From the NCBI GenBank assembly GCA_964016885.1, contig OZ024742.1, forward strand, positions 285,324,001 to 285,388,000: DNA of 64,000 bases, written 5' to 3'. Position numbers and translations under genes: made by a program. The DNA is from Eledone cirrhosa (Eukaryota). The notes beneath the pieces are model-generated. The model had not been told where the DNA came from. It ran no database searches and saw only the letters and a list, made by a program, of their open reading frames with translations. Each line of letters starts with the position of its first letter. The stretch's first letter is position 1. Of the stretch, positions 51,895-64,000 are shown one piece after another.

Positions 51895-52240
51895 TAAGCA
51901 AATGGGGGTCCACGCACTCGCCGCCCTCGGCAGACAGAATAGTGAAGCGTTTCCCCGGAGGATGGTGAGGGAGACGCACTGGAAGAGCCATTCCCTCGCG
52001 AGTTAGCCAACACCGTGCCGATTGTGGTGAGTAGGGAGGTAGCCCTAGAGCCAAGGACGCCAGAAGTCTCCACTGCAACGGGCTCGACCGCAAACCTGTC
52101 GGAGAGCGAGCGATATTTGGAGAGTTTACCTTCCTCGGTCCGAAGTGCAGCAGAACCTGGGTTAGTCGCAAACTGCACCAAGTTGCCGCTGTAGAATGTG
52201 TCGCTGCATGTGGCATTCCAGATGAGGGGTTTACCAGGAA
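51895..52240 (-). mobile_element. CRE-clade LINE 3' fragment
   Basis: Homologous to 25575-26003 (ATNPGSAALRTEEGKLSKYRSLSDRF..AVETSG). Confidence 0.85.
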
Positions 52241-52569
52241 GTTGGCCATGCTATCGTTATATAAAGGTAGAGATGTAGAAAGATGAGTGAGAGTTAATGT
52301 TAGAATTATATATGGGTTTGTAGTAATATTCGTAAGTGGGAAATAGGAAAACAGTGTTGAATCAGGAAGAGAGCAGAAATATATTATTTATAACTACCAG
52401 GCTGGAATAAATACCGAGGTCGTTCGCTAAACAACCCTGAAGCGATGCCCCAGCATGGCCGCAGTCCAATGATTTTATATATATATATATAACAAAGAGG
52501 GTGTGGTAAGATACCAGGTGGACCATGACGCACCAGAGTACTCAAAACTTAGGGTAGTAGAGTGGGTAA

Positions 52570-52688
52570 TAGGAATAAAATCAGGGCCCCGACGGCTGAG
52601 CTCCGGCCTTTTCGACAGCTAAATCCGAACAGTTCGGATCTGGCTGTCAAAACAGCTGAAGCTCAGTCGTCGGGGTCCTTACTTTTTT

Positions 52689-52692
<4 letters not shown>
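52570..52692. mobile_element. Palindromic MITE-like foldback element
   Basis: Imperfect ~60-bp arms centred on atccgaac-a-gttcggat, with TA flanks. One arm recurs at 27892-27940. Confidence 0.7.
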
Positions 52693-52733
<41 letters not shown>

Positions 52734-52928
52734 TTATATTATATTATAATATTTATGTATGTTATTACACAGAACAAAAGCGTTACCTAAGGTTTCAAGG
52801 CCCAATATTGACCAATCTCCAGAATGTAAGGGGGATCCAAATTGTGACCAAAGCCAAAGCTTCAGTTGCTTATACTCGTATATGCCAGTTGATTTTTTTT
52901 AATGAAACAGATCTAGTCCTGTAGAAGC

Positions 52929-52984
<56 letters not shown>

Positions 52985-53039
52985 TAACAGATTCCCTCTG
53001 TTGAGCACTCTATTGACTTATATTCATCATGCAGAAACA

Positions 53040-53650
53040 ACATCTGAATATTTCTACAAAGAACATACCCGTACCAAGCAGGAAGCAATACCTAAAACTC
53101 CTGATACAGAAAACAGACTCGTTCATTAAAAGGTTGCGTTGGCGTGCCTTTTATTTCGATAATCAGGGAAAAGCGGACAATAAAACAAGATAAATTTTGG
53201 TTTAAAACCTACAATAACCCTCCGTTTAACCCAGCATTGCTAACCTTCGAAAATGATGTCTTGGAACTCATACGGAGTATCAAATTTCGGAATAGGAGCA
53301 ATTCCTTCCAGCAGGACCTGAAGAATAGAATTCGTTCTATTAAGGATTCTAATGCCGTGCACGTCCATTCCGACAAAACTGGCAATCTATATCAATACTA
53401 CATAATGCTGTAACTAAGGATTACCGTAAAACTAATCGGAGTGTCATCAATGACATCAACGATGCTGGGTTTAAAATCACCTCTGATCTCAACATCCTGG
53501 ACCGGACTGAACCTCTGGACCCTATTTCTCCCCACTTTACCCTGAAGGATCACAAATCCAATTTCCCGAATAACCCCTCTATTCAGCTTATTAACCCTAC
53601 GAAGTCCGGTTTAGGAAGACTTAGTAAAAGGATTTTAGATAGAATTAAAC
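53040..53650 (+). pseudogene. PLE ORF N-terminal fragment (KNIP..RLRW..DKT..LKDHK type)
   Basis: Across frameshifts: KNIPVPSRKQYLKLLIQKTDSFIKRLRWRAF; FENDVL; SDKTGNLY; TLKDHKSNFPNNPSIQLINPTKS. Confidence 0.8.
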
Positions 53651-53832
53651 CGGTCAAGTTTAAACCATGGCGAAACGATTAAGCTTGGCCGTAGGGAATA
53701 TCTATCTTATAATATCTACACACCACTTTCCTTAAGTAATAGTACTAAACTTTATAATGGTTTTACTAGTTTTAATTAGTAATATCTGAGCCGAAACAAA
53801 TACCGCAGAGCATTATATCTGACGTTGGATAG

Positions 53833-54021
53833 TGCGGTGGATTGGCAGTATCGGTAGAGGGTCGGACGCCAAGCTTTGCTGCATAGTTACGGCCTTTTAC
53901 GGTCCAAGTTCAAATCTCGCCGAGGTTAACTTTGCCTTTCATCGTTACGTGGTCGATAAAATAAAGTACCAGTAATGCACTGGGATAATTGCTGACCTTG
54001 TGCCAAAAGCAGAAACAATTA
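53833..54021 (+). mobile_element. tRNA-derived SINE
   Basis: Full head, core and tail. Confidence 0.88.
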
Positions 54022-54303
54022 TATCTGACGTTCAAACGATTCTGTCAATAACCTGCCTTATATTTAGTATAGTGTTAAAAAAACATTCATTTGAGAATAT
54101 CCATACAATTGACTATGAAAATCTTCCTTTGGGGTTGTTTAAAAAACCCTATAAACTACAAAGGGAGGTAACTACAATAATATTAGTTGATCTATGTAGA
54201 TAAATGAAGATCATCTGGTTTGAGGATTCAGTCCCGCTGGGCGGCCGACCCTTTAAGGGTGGAATTTTGGAGATGGAAACTACAGAGGCACGTCGTATAT
54301 ATA

Positions 54304-54396
<93 letters not shown>

Positions 54397-54843
54397 GTAT
54401 AGGTGATTTAGTGAATTACTGGTGGTGATATGAGCACTCGATGTACAGGCAGATGGTATATAATGATATTAATAATAATGAAAAAAAAAACGATGAAGGT
54501 GCATTTTTTATTATTATTTGAAACTTCCATTGAATTCTTCTTTTCTAGATCCTGCCGAGTGTCAGCCTGACACCTGAGGAGGCGAAAGTTAGTAATACAC
54601 ACATTTTACAATTGTCATACAAATGATGTCACAAGGGCACAAACAACAGTAAATGCCTTTACAAGGTTTTTAAATTGATAATGCTATTCTCAGGACATGG
54701 ACAATGAGAGTCACCCCTATTTCCTGTATCTATTGCAGAAAAGATGGTTTTCCCGGTATCTGGTACATTTTTCAGTTCTCTTTTTTAGCATTCCAAGAGC
54801 GCCGACTACCACTGGTAATGTACAGGCCTTAAGATGCCACATT

Positions 54844-54940
54844 TTCTTCTTCTTCTTCTTCTTCTTCTTCTTCTTCTTCTTCTTCTTCTTCTTCTTCTTC
54901 TTCTTCTTCTTCTTCTTCTTCTTCTTCTTCTTCTTCTTCC
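54844..54940. repeat. (TTC)n microsatellite
   Basis: Direct inspection. Confidence 0.97.
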
Positions 54941-55024
54941 TAAATCATCAGGAACTTCCTGACGATTTCTCCCGAATGAAACAGTTCTAGTCCTGTAGAA
55001 GCCATTTTTATTTTAAATAAATAA

Positions 55025-55147
<123 letters not shown>

Positions 55148-55379
55148 AAAGAATAGAGGTGTAACACACAAGTTATGATATATTGGTAAACGGAATAGAA
55201 AATGCTGACAAATTGTTCACAGTGATAAATAGTTTAATTAGGAATAAGTGATAATTAGTAATAGTATTGGTTAGTATTCAGTTTTGGTTACCGGTTGCAC
55301 ATTTCTAATGCTTTTCAAAAATAATTTTGTGATAGAGCGTCCGTGATGTTTGCTCTGCAGAGCAAACATCACGGACGCG

Positions 55380-55487
<108 letters not shown>

Positions 55488-55940
55488 TTTCTGAATTTGT
55501 TTAGCAAGATTCTTTATCTGAAATCGTGTGGTGAAACCGATATTGTTATACTTTGGGAGGGTCATGTTGCCAATAAGAAACACACGCACCAGTTGCTTTC
55601 ACTTCAATTTATTATAATAAATTTATAGTAAATTTATAAATTTATAAATTTCTGGTTGGTTGGTTGGTTCCACAATCAGATAGTTGTTTATACATAGTCA
55701 TAGTTCTTTCGTCACACACTCTGTGACCTCTTCAGTGACTGGGGATTCCTTTCTTTGTTTCTGTGCCTCTCCTTTGTTCTGTCCTACGCCATTTTGTTTC
55801 TGTGTGTGTGTTGTGTGCTCAGTCTGCGCATGCGCCACATCCGGGTGTCTGTGTGTGTTTATGTTCATTTATTTATTTGTTTATTTACATGTTACTGGTT
55901 GGTTGTTTGTTCTATGTGTGTGTGTGTTTTCATTTTGTCC

Positions 55941-58895
55941 TTAATTGTAAGTTGTGATGTTGCTGTTCCACTCATATTTTCTATTTAATTTTGGTTGTAA
56001 TTCTTTTATGTTAATTGCCTCTGTAATTTGTCTAAACATTGCGTCTTTTCTGTGTGTAGATTCTATTTTTATTTCTGTGTCTATTTTTATTTCTGTCTTA
56101 TCTATACATGAGGGTCTTTGAAAAGGGTATGTCTTGCTAATAAGTGTTTTTCCGGAGGTACCTGGTCTTTCTACTATCTTAATATTGAGTTTATGTTTAT
56201 TTAGGGCCCTTCTAAATTTGTAAGCTAATTCACCTCTAGGGGTTGTATCGATGAACATTACACTCTGGTATTTATTGCTATCATACCATGAGTTTATTCT
56301 ATTAGCCTTGTTCCTAGTTCTTTCTATTCTATTCCAAAATTTGCTCCTATACAAGGGGCAGGTGCCATTTATGTCATTATTTACCATTTTTTCCCATTTG
56401 GTTCTGGCTCCTCTATACACTCTGATTCTATCTCTCTGGTTGTAGCTAGAGAACTGCATACGGTGGATGAAGTGTTGTATGTGCCTCTCTAGTTCTTCGG
56501 GGTTGCACATGCGGGACACATTTCTCATCAGTCGTACCAAATCCGCAATCAGTATGTTGATTTTGGTATGGTCCGAAACGGCCGAGTTTCGGTGGATCAG
56601 ATGTTTGGAAGTCATGGGTTTGGCATAATGGGAATGGAGGATTTGTTTTTTGTTGTTAATGGTATCTAACCAGAGCTCTGTGTCTAGTACAGGTAATCGA
56701 TGGTTGGGGTGTTTACTTGGGTAGTCTATAGTAACTCTAATGCTCTGGTGGATGGAGTTTGCTATTTGCTGGATGCTTTCCATTGTGTATTTCTCTAGTT
56801 CCTGACTGTTCTCTAGTGGGGGTGTCTTAACTACGATGTTTATATCATCAACGTAGCGGGAGTACATTATCAGGGTTAAGGGGTCTTCTAATTGTTCTTT
56901 AAGTTTAAGTTTAAGTCTATTGTCCCACCATACCATGAATAGGTTAGCTATGTCGCCTGCAATGCTAACACCAATGGCTGCTCCTTCCTCTTGGGCATAT
57001 GTTTTTCCATTAAATTTGAACATATGTTCCTTAAGGGTTAGTTTTATGCTGGCCCCTACCGCATGTGCAATCATTTTCTTCAGTTCATCGTGGTTTTCGG
57101 GTGTCCGTATGGCTCTGGTCCACCCGTTCCATCTATCTGTGTGGGTTTTCTTGGCTATTGAGGTAATGGTAGGTGTTCTGCCTCTTGCTGGTCTTGTAGG
57201 ACACAGGTTGCTAAGGTCATATGTGTCTAGGTAATTATTACTATAGGTAAGCTTAAGTAGGAGTCCCAGCTCACTGGTATCAATCCCACGGAACTCAACC
57301 TTGCTCTCACTGATCATTTCTACGCATTTCTCCACAGCAAAATCCACGTCAATAGATGGATACAGGGACACAACATCCATACTGCCTATTATGCAGTTTG
57401 TTAGGTCCCTAGATCGGTTACTCACGCCGATTCTGCTGAGGAGGTCCTCCGTGCTGTCACATACATCTGGGGACATTTCAATGATGGGGCGTATGATCAG
57501 GGAGAGGAAGTAGGACAGTCTGTAGTTACTAGCAATGTTAGCTCCACAGACTGGCCGTGTTGGTGGTCCCGCGACAGGGTCACAGCCCGTTTTATGGTCT
57601 TTTCGAAGCCCATACAACGCCGGCACGTCATTGTTCCAGGCCTGGAAGTTGTTGGCAGTCCTTTTGTTGGGCTGCATTATATTCGTCCACATCACCATAT
57701 GGGCATTGAGGGCTTTTTCTCTATCCTCATGCTCCTGTGGTGTTACCTCTCTTGTGTTAGTGATGTGGGGTTGCATTGCCTGGATGTAGTTTGGCAGGCT
57801 GTCAACCGACATTCTGCCAGACTTGTCTGTTGGAAAGCATGCTATCTCTCCATTACGTGAGCGCTGCATGAGCTTACGCAAGCCATTTGCAGATTTTTCT
57901 CCCAGTTGCTGGGCCTCCATTCTATTATGCTTCTTGCTATACTGTTCTATAATATTTCTAAGTTCGGATCTAGCTATACTAAATTGTGCTTCTGTTTGTT
58001 CATCGACCTGCGACGGCAATTGCGTGCATTTGTTAAATGGTAAAGTCGTGGCGCGGACTCGTCGCAGGTCGAATGATTTATCGGAGGGATTATAAAACGG
58101 AGAGTTCCAGGCTGCTGCTTTATGTGTACTAGTGCTATTGTTATTGTTAGTTGTGTTGTTTCTATTTCTATTTCCACCAACAGCCTCATGGTTGTTTCTA
58201 TGTCTCTCATAATTACTCCTGTCTCTTTCCACTGGCTCATTGTTGTTATCTACCCTATTTTGTGTGTCTGTGTGTTCGTCTTGGTTATTCTCTTTGTCCT
58301 TAGTCTCCCTTCTCTTTTTAATCCTATTACTTTCCCTTATTTCTGTGATTTCTGTGCTACTGTCATTACTTGTTTTCTGTGTCTGTGTGTTTGTTAATAT
58401 TGTGGTGGTGGTGAGAGGCATTGAATGTGTGTGTGTTGTTGTTGTTGATGTGTGCTGTTGTTGATGTGTGTTGTTGTTGTCTCCGTGTGTGTTATTGTTG
58501 TTGTGTGTGTTGTTATTGTTGTTTGTGTCTGCGTGTCTGTTGTTGTTGTTTCTGGGTATGTTGTTATTGTTGTTGTTGTTGGTGTGTGTGTTGTTGTTGG
58601 TGTGTGTGTTGTTGTTATTGTTGTTTGTGTCTGTGTGTCTGTTGTTCTTGGGATGTGTGTTGTATATGTGTGTGCGTATATTGTTGCTTTTGTTTTTGTT
58701 TTTGAGGCTCCAGCGTAGTTTTGTCAATGATTTTTCTATTTCTGACAGACAACTAATCATATTTACCTTCTTGAATGTCGCAAATTTCGGGGGTAAACAC
58801 AACACAGATAACTCGTCATTATCTATTATCGCGTTACCATATATATTTGTGTTGTTGTTGTTGTTGAACTCATCTGTTAATGAGGTGTTGGCCAT
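55941..58895 (-). CDS. PLE reverse transcriptase, 984 aa open, GIY-YIG core deleted in frame
   Basis: PTDKSG, GPPTRPVCGA, GSMDVVSLYPSID, YSRYVDD. Homology continues upstream to 59279 through one TAA. No VVY/YIGET segment. Confidence 0.92.
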   Translation of the reverse strand: MANTSLTDEFNNNNNTNIYGNAIIDNDELSVLCLPPKFATFKKVNMISCLSEIEKSLTKLRWSLKNKNKSNNIRTHIYNTHPKNNRHTDTNNNNNNTHTNNNTHTNNNNNNNIPRNNNNRHADTNNNNNTHNNNNTHGDNNNTHQQQHTSTTTTHTHSMPLTTTTILTNTQTQKTSNDSSTEITEIRESNRIKKRRETKDKENNQDEHTDTQNRVDNNNEPVERDRSNYERHRNNHEAVGGNRNRNNTTNNNNSTSTHKAAAWNSPFYNPSDKSFDLRRVRATTLPFNKCTQLPSQVDEQTEAQFSIARSELRNIIEQYSKKHNRMEAQQLGEKSANGLRKLMQRSRNGEIACFPTDKSGRMSVDSLPNYIQAMQPHITNTREVTPQEHEDREKALNAHMVMWTNIMQPNKRTANNFQAWNNDVPALYGLRKDHKTGCDPVAGPPTRPVCGANIASNYRLSYFLSLIIRPIIEMSPDVCDSTEDLLSRIGVSNRSRDLTNCIIGSMDVVSLYPSIDVDFAVEKCVEMISESKVEFRGIDTSELGLLLKLTYSNNYLDTYDLSNLCPTRPARGRTPTITSIAKKTHTDRWNGWTRAIRTPENHDELKKMIAHAVGASIKLTLKEHMFKFNGKTYAQEEGAAIGVSIAGDIANLFMVWWDNRLKLKLKEQLEDPLTLIMYSRYVDDINIVVKTPPLENSQELEKYTMESIQQIANSIHQSIRVTIDYPSKHPNHRLPVLDTELWLDTINNKKQILHSHYAKPMTSKHLIHRNSAVSDHTKINILIADLVRLMRNVSRMCNPEELERHIQHFIHRMQFSSYNQRDRIRVYRGARTKWEKMVNNDINGTCPLYRSKFWNRIERTRNKANRINSWYDSNKYQSVMFIDTTPRGELAYKFRRALNKHKLNIKIVERPGTSGKTLISKTYPFQRPSCIDKTEIKIDTEIKIESTHRKDAMFRQITEAINIKELQPKLNRKYEWNSNITTYN

Positions 58896-59340
58896 ATTTA
58901 TACCGTCAATTTTGTCGGGATATCTATTGGTATTCTCTATAGTATCCTGATTTAGCTTTATCTGCTTAAGCCACTTTAGTTTCTTGTTAAAGTGCTTATC
59001 ACATTCTTGAGTAATGTACTGTTCTTCAGGGCGTATAAGGCTTATAAATATTAGTTTCTCTCTTGGTGTGGTGATCCTAGCTATTTCTTGTATTAGGTTA
59101 CGCTTATGTTTTTCTTGATGACTTAATTCTCTATAGATCTTCTTTTTTATGTTTAGAATTAATGTTCGTTTTAGCCTATCTGCTTATTTTTTGGTGAGTT
59201 GTAATCTTCTAACGTCGGTGTTGATGGTGTTGGTGTAAACTCGGGACGAGGCACATTCTTTTATGAAGTGTAGTTGTCGAGAAACAAAATGGCGTAGGAC
59301 AGAACAAAGGAGAGGCACAGAAACAAAGAAAGGAATCCCC

Positions 59341-59395
59341 AGTCACTGAAGAGGTCACAGAGTGTGTGACGAAAGAACTATGACTATGTATAAAC
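59341..59395 (+). ncRNA. Minimal type I hammerhead ribozyme (identical copy at ~55696-55740, minus)
   Basis: agtca CTGAAGA g gtcaca gagtg tgtgac GAAA gaac TA tgact, with perfect stems I and II. Confidence 0.82.
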
Positions 59396-59537
59396 AACTA
59401 TCTGGTTGTGGAACCAACCAACCAACCAGAAATTTATAAATTTATAAATTTATTATAAATTTATTATAATAAATTGAAGTGAAAGCAACTGGTGCGTGTG
59501 TTTCTTATTGGCAACATGACCCTCCCAAAGTATAACA

Positions 59538-59608
<71 letters not shown>

Positions 59609-59620
59609 TATATATATATT

Positions 59621-59653
<33 letters not shown>

Positions 59654-59656
59654 ATA

Positions 59657-60311
59657 TAAATTCAAGAATTTTATATTCTTCGAATGAAAAGATCCTTCTG
59701 ACGAGAATCTTTCTTTGCAACAAAGGCCGTATGGTCTCCGTTTATTCTTGAGATTCGAAACCGATTCGGTAAAGGTAACTATAGTAAGTAAAGTCAATTT
59801 TTTAAAATTTATTTTGAAACTTTTTCATTATTTGCTAAACCTGATTATATATGTTCTGGCTCGGTAATTTATTAACCTGCCATTGAACCACATTGGCATA
59901 TGGTTGGAAATACATGTATCCTTTAGCGCTTTGTGCGTGTAGGAACACATATCCTATTATTACTATCTCCTCTATGTTGAGAAAAAAATTTGGTCGTTCC
60001 GACTGCTACTAGTGTTAGTGGCGGCCGATTGACCTACCTCCCTCTGCCTCTATCTTTACTTCGGCCCTTGAAAAAAATTGATTCCACTTCATTTACTCTC
60101 ATCTCGGGAACAGTTTTGGATAGCGCTAGTTCGTAATTTAAATTCAAGAATTTTATATTCTTCGAATGAAAAGAACCTTCTGACGAGAATCTTTCTTTGC
60201 AACGAAGGCCGTATGGTCTCCGTTTATTTTTGAGATTCGAAACCGATTCGGTAAAGGTAACTATAGTAAGTAAAGTCAATTTTTTAAAATTTATTTTGAA
60301 ACTTTTTCATA
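59657..60311. repeat. ~170-bp direct duplication (59657-59830 / 60139-60311) bounded by (TA)n
   Basis: aaattcaagaattttatattcttcgaatg...tttgaaactttttcat occurs twice. Confidence 0.85.
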
Positions 60312-60344
60312 TATATATATATATATATATAATCAAGTTTAGCA

Positions 60345-60512
60345 AATGTTGATTTAAAACTGCACTATCCACAAGTGTTTTTTAGCCTTCATATCATGTT
60401 CTCCTGTTTTATCTGATGAAAACACAAATATTATTGCATGATGGTGTTTGTTTTTGAAATGCGCATAATAAAATACATGGAACTCCTTTAACCATCTTTT
60501 GATCTTATATTA
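60345..60512 (+). mobile_element. Solo pLTR end of the 44521-46900 family, with hammerhead motif
   Basis: Aligns to 46738-46900; GAAA tgcgca TA. Confidence 0.8.
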
Positions 60513-60523
60513 TATATATATAT

Positions 60524-60709
60524 GGTGGATTGGCAGTATCGGTAGAGGGTCGAACGCCATGCTTTCCAGCATAGTTACGTCCCTTTACGATCTAAGTTCA
60601 AATCCCGCCGAGGTTGACTTTGCCTTTCATCCTTACGGGGTCGATAAAATAAAGTACCAGTAATGCACTGGGTAATTACTGGCCTTGTGCCTAAAGTAGA
60701 AACAATTAT
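60524..60709 (+). mobile_element. tRNA-derived SINE (young subfamily)
   Basis: Full head, core and tail. Confidence 0.9.
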
Positions 60710-60726
60710 ATATATATATATATACA

Positions 60727-60762
<36 letters not shown>

Positions 60763-60788
60763 TATATATATATACAGTATATATATAT

Positions 60789-60902
<114 letters not shown>

Positions 60903-61024
60903 AAACGCCAGCTCCAACAGTTTTGCAAGAGTTGTCAACATGAATGGACCTATTATTTTTATCTAAAGACATTTTTTCCAATTCCATCCCGCCCGTCGCT
61001 TTAATCTATTTTATTTCTCATTCT

Positions 61025-61062
61025 TTCCTCTGATGAAGGACTAGCGTCCGAAACGTTAAGAC
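61025..61062 (+). ncRNA. Minimal hammerhead motif (PLE remnant)
   Basis: ct CTGATGA a ggac tagc gtcc GAAA cgt TA ag; palindromic aacgtt. Confidence 0.65.
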
Positions 61063-61142
61063 TCTCTTCCTGCTATATCAAGCGTTAACCTAATATATAC
61101 CTTCCATATACTGTACCGATTGTGTTGTTATTTCTGTTTACC

Positions 61143-61267
<125 letters not shown>

Positions 61268-61849
61268 GATGTAATCTGAGTTTTTGGAATATTAACAATG
61301 ATATTCGATTCGTTTGCAATTATGCAAACAAGCCTCATTTTTAAAGCCATGTCAGTAGAATGAGTTTTATTTTATATATATATACATATGCATGTCCCAT
61401 ATCTTAGCGGTACGACAAAATGAGATCGATAAAATAAGTACCAAATTTGAAAAAACTTAAGTAATGCCGACATTATGATAAACTAAACGAATACGGTGCT
61501 CCAGCATGGCCACAGTCAATAACTGAAACCAGTTAAATGTTAAATATATAAAAATCTATCTTTCGATCACGAGTCAATTATTGATACAGCCAGTATTTAT
61601 CATTATTAATACGTCTGTCACAAGGTCTTCTTCTTCTTCTTCTTCTTCTTCTTCTTCTGCTTCTTCTTCTTCTTCTTTTTCTTCTTTCTTTCTTTCTTTC
61701 TTTTTCGTTTCTCTCTCGCACTTACTAACATCATTCAATCACTCTCAGCCACGCTCTCATCTTTCTATCTATTCACCCCCCCCCCCCCCCACACACCTTG
61801 CCGCTTTGTGGTATCTTAATTTCTCTCTGTTACACACTTTCAATAGCGC

Positions 61850-63057
61850 AACCATATCTCTTTCTCTCTCACTCACTCTCTCTCTTTTTATCTCTCACTC
61901 CCTCTCTCTCACTCACTCTCTCTCTCTTTTTATCTCTCTCTCTCTCTCTCTCTCTCTCACTCACTCTCTCTCTTTTTATCTCTCACTCCCTCTCTCTCAC
62001 TCACTCTCTCTCTCTTTTTATCTCTCACTCTCTCTCTCACTCACTCTCTCTCTTTTTATCTCTCACTCACTCTCTCCACACATTTAACCGTCTGATTCCT
62101 ACTTGCCCTCCCTCTATCTCTGCCTGTTGTTCTCTCTCTCTCTCTCCCTCTTTCCGGCTTACTGACATCATTCAATCACTTTCAATCGTGCTATCTTCTT
62201 TCTATCTCTCCAGACACACGCACACACACAGACACACACACGCACACACATACACACACACATACACACACACATACACACACACCTACACAGAGACACA
62301 CACACATAGACACAGACACACACACATACACACACACAGAGAGACACACACACAGACACAGACACAGAGACACACACACACACACACACACAGACACACA
62401 CACAGAGACACACACACATACACACACACACAGACACACACACACATAAACACAGACATACAAACACACACGCAGACACACATACAAACACACACGCACA
62501 CACACACACAGACACACACACACAGACACACAGACACACACACAGACACACACACATACACACACACAGACACACACACATACACAGAGACACACACACA
62601 CAGACACACACACATACAGACACACATATACACACAGACACACACACATACACACACACATACACACACACACACACACACAGACACACACACATACATA
62701 CACACACACCCAGACACATACACACACACACACACAGACACACACACACACACACACACGCACAGACACACACACACACAGACACACACACACATAGGGA
62801 TACAGACGCCCCCACACACACACACATTTCCGTCTGGTGGCTTCTCCTCCTCCCCCATCCCCCTCCTCCCACTCCTCCCCTTCCTCTCAGTTTCCACCAC
62901 CATATTATGGCAGTGTGACCTTCAGTGAAGTCATTAGCTATTTACTATCGACCACCACACCGCTCACACCACACCCACCCACTCCTACATTACAATATAA
63001 ACACTCTCTCTTCCACCCTGTCCCCTCTCTCTCCTTTCCTCCTCCCCACTCTGTATG

Positions 63058-63118
<61 letters not shown>

Positions 63119-63187
63119 TATTTGTTTGTGTATGGGTATGTATGTATATACTGTGTATGCCATATATATATATATATGGCATATACC

Positions 63188-63243
<56 letters not shown>

Positions 63244-63277
63244 ATATACATATGGTATATTATTTATATATATATAA

Positions 63278-63371
<94 letters not shown>

Positions 63372-63423
63372 ATATATATATACATATATACATATACATA
63401 TATACATATACACACACACACAT

Positions 63424-63480
<57 letters not shown>
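61850..63480. repeat. Compound degenerate microsatellites (CT/CACT, CA/CAGA, TA)
   Basis: Direct inspection. Confidence 0.93.
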
Positions 63481-63485
<5 letters not shown>

Positions 63486-63807
63486 GGTGTATTATATGCT
63501 CTATATAAATGTTATATATTACATACACATATTTGTCTGTTTAAAGCAAAGTTTGCTTCCTACGGACAAAAGCACGCGCATAACTACCTCGACTAATGAC
63601 CACCACACCCCTACCATTGACTCACCACCATCGGCTGGCTTTGTTATCGCCACCGCCACAACCACTATCATCGGCACCACTATCATTACCGCTCCCACCA
63701 CGTCTACAACCACCATCGGCACCTCTACCACAAAAACCACCAGCACCACCGTATTCACCGCCACAACCATTACTAAAGCCAGCACCACAGTTACTATTGC
63801 CACGACG

Positions 63808-64000
63808 ACCACCACCACCACCACCAACACACCATTACCGGCACAGACATACATCGCCACCACCACCACCACCACCAACACACCATTACCGGCACAGACA
63901 TACATCGCCACCACCACCACCACCACCAACACACCATTACCGGCACAGACATACATCGCCACCACCACCACCACCACCAACACACCATCACCGGCACAGA
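63808..64000. repeat. 51-bp tandem repeat, runs off window
   Basis: accaccaccaccaccaccaacacaccattaccggcacagacatacatcgcc repeated at least 3 times. Confidence 0.92.

Noticed and set aside
54568-54600. CTGAGGA ggc GAAA hammerhead-like core
   Set aside because: Only 3 nt lie between the core strands, so stem II cannot form, and stem I is negligible.

Overview
Repeat-saturated eukaryotic (animal) DNA with no confidently identifiable host gene. The SINE family and (TA)n/(CA)n/(TACA)n density suggest a coleoid cephalopod such as an octopod (inference). Main contents: the 5' part of an L1/Tx1-type LINE (1-~3100, minus); two long Naiad-like Penelope-like elements (PLEs; 9402-15094 plus with a tandem pLTR, 55486-59541 minus with an inverted pLTR and an in-frame deletion of the GIY-YIG core); a disabled R4/Dong-clade LINE (39598-43791); and fragments of CRE, RTE, CR1-group and other PLE families. 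Also present are a probable non-autonomous Helitron, Tc1/pogo-type MITEs, many tRNA-derived SINEs, several minisatellites (including a 6.3-kb G-rich 22-mer array) and a dozen or more hammerhead-ribozyme motifs. The most unusual feature is a non-coding 628-bp-period PLE-type element at 49508-50483. Its repeat carries every hammerhead core nucleotide, but with the three core strands in reversed, non-circularly permuted order. All calls are by eye, and repeat boundaries are approximate.
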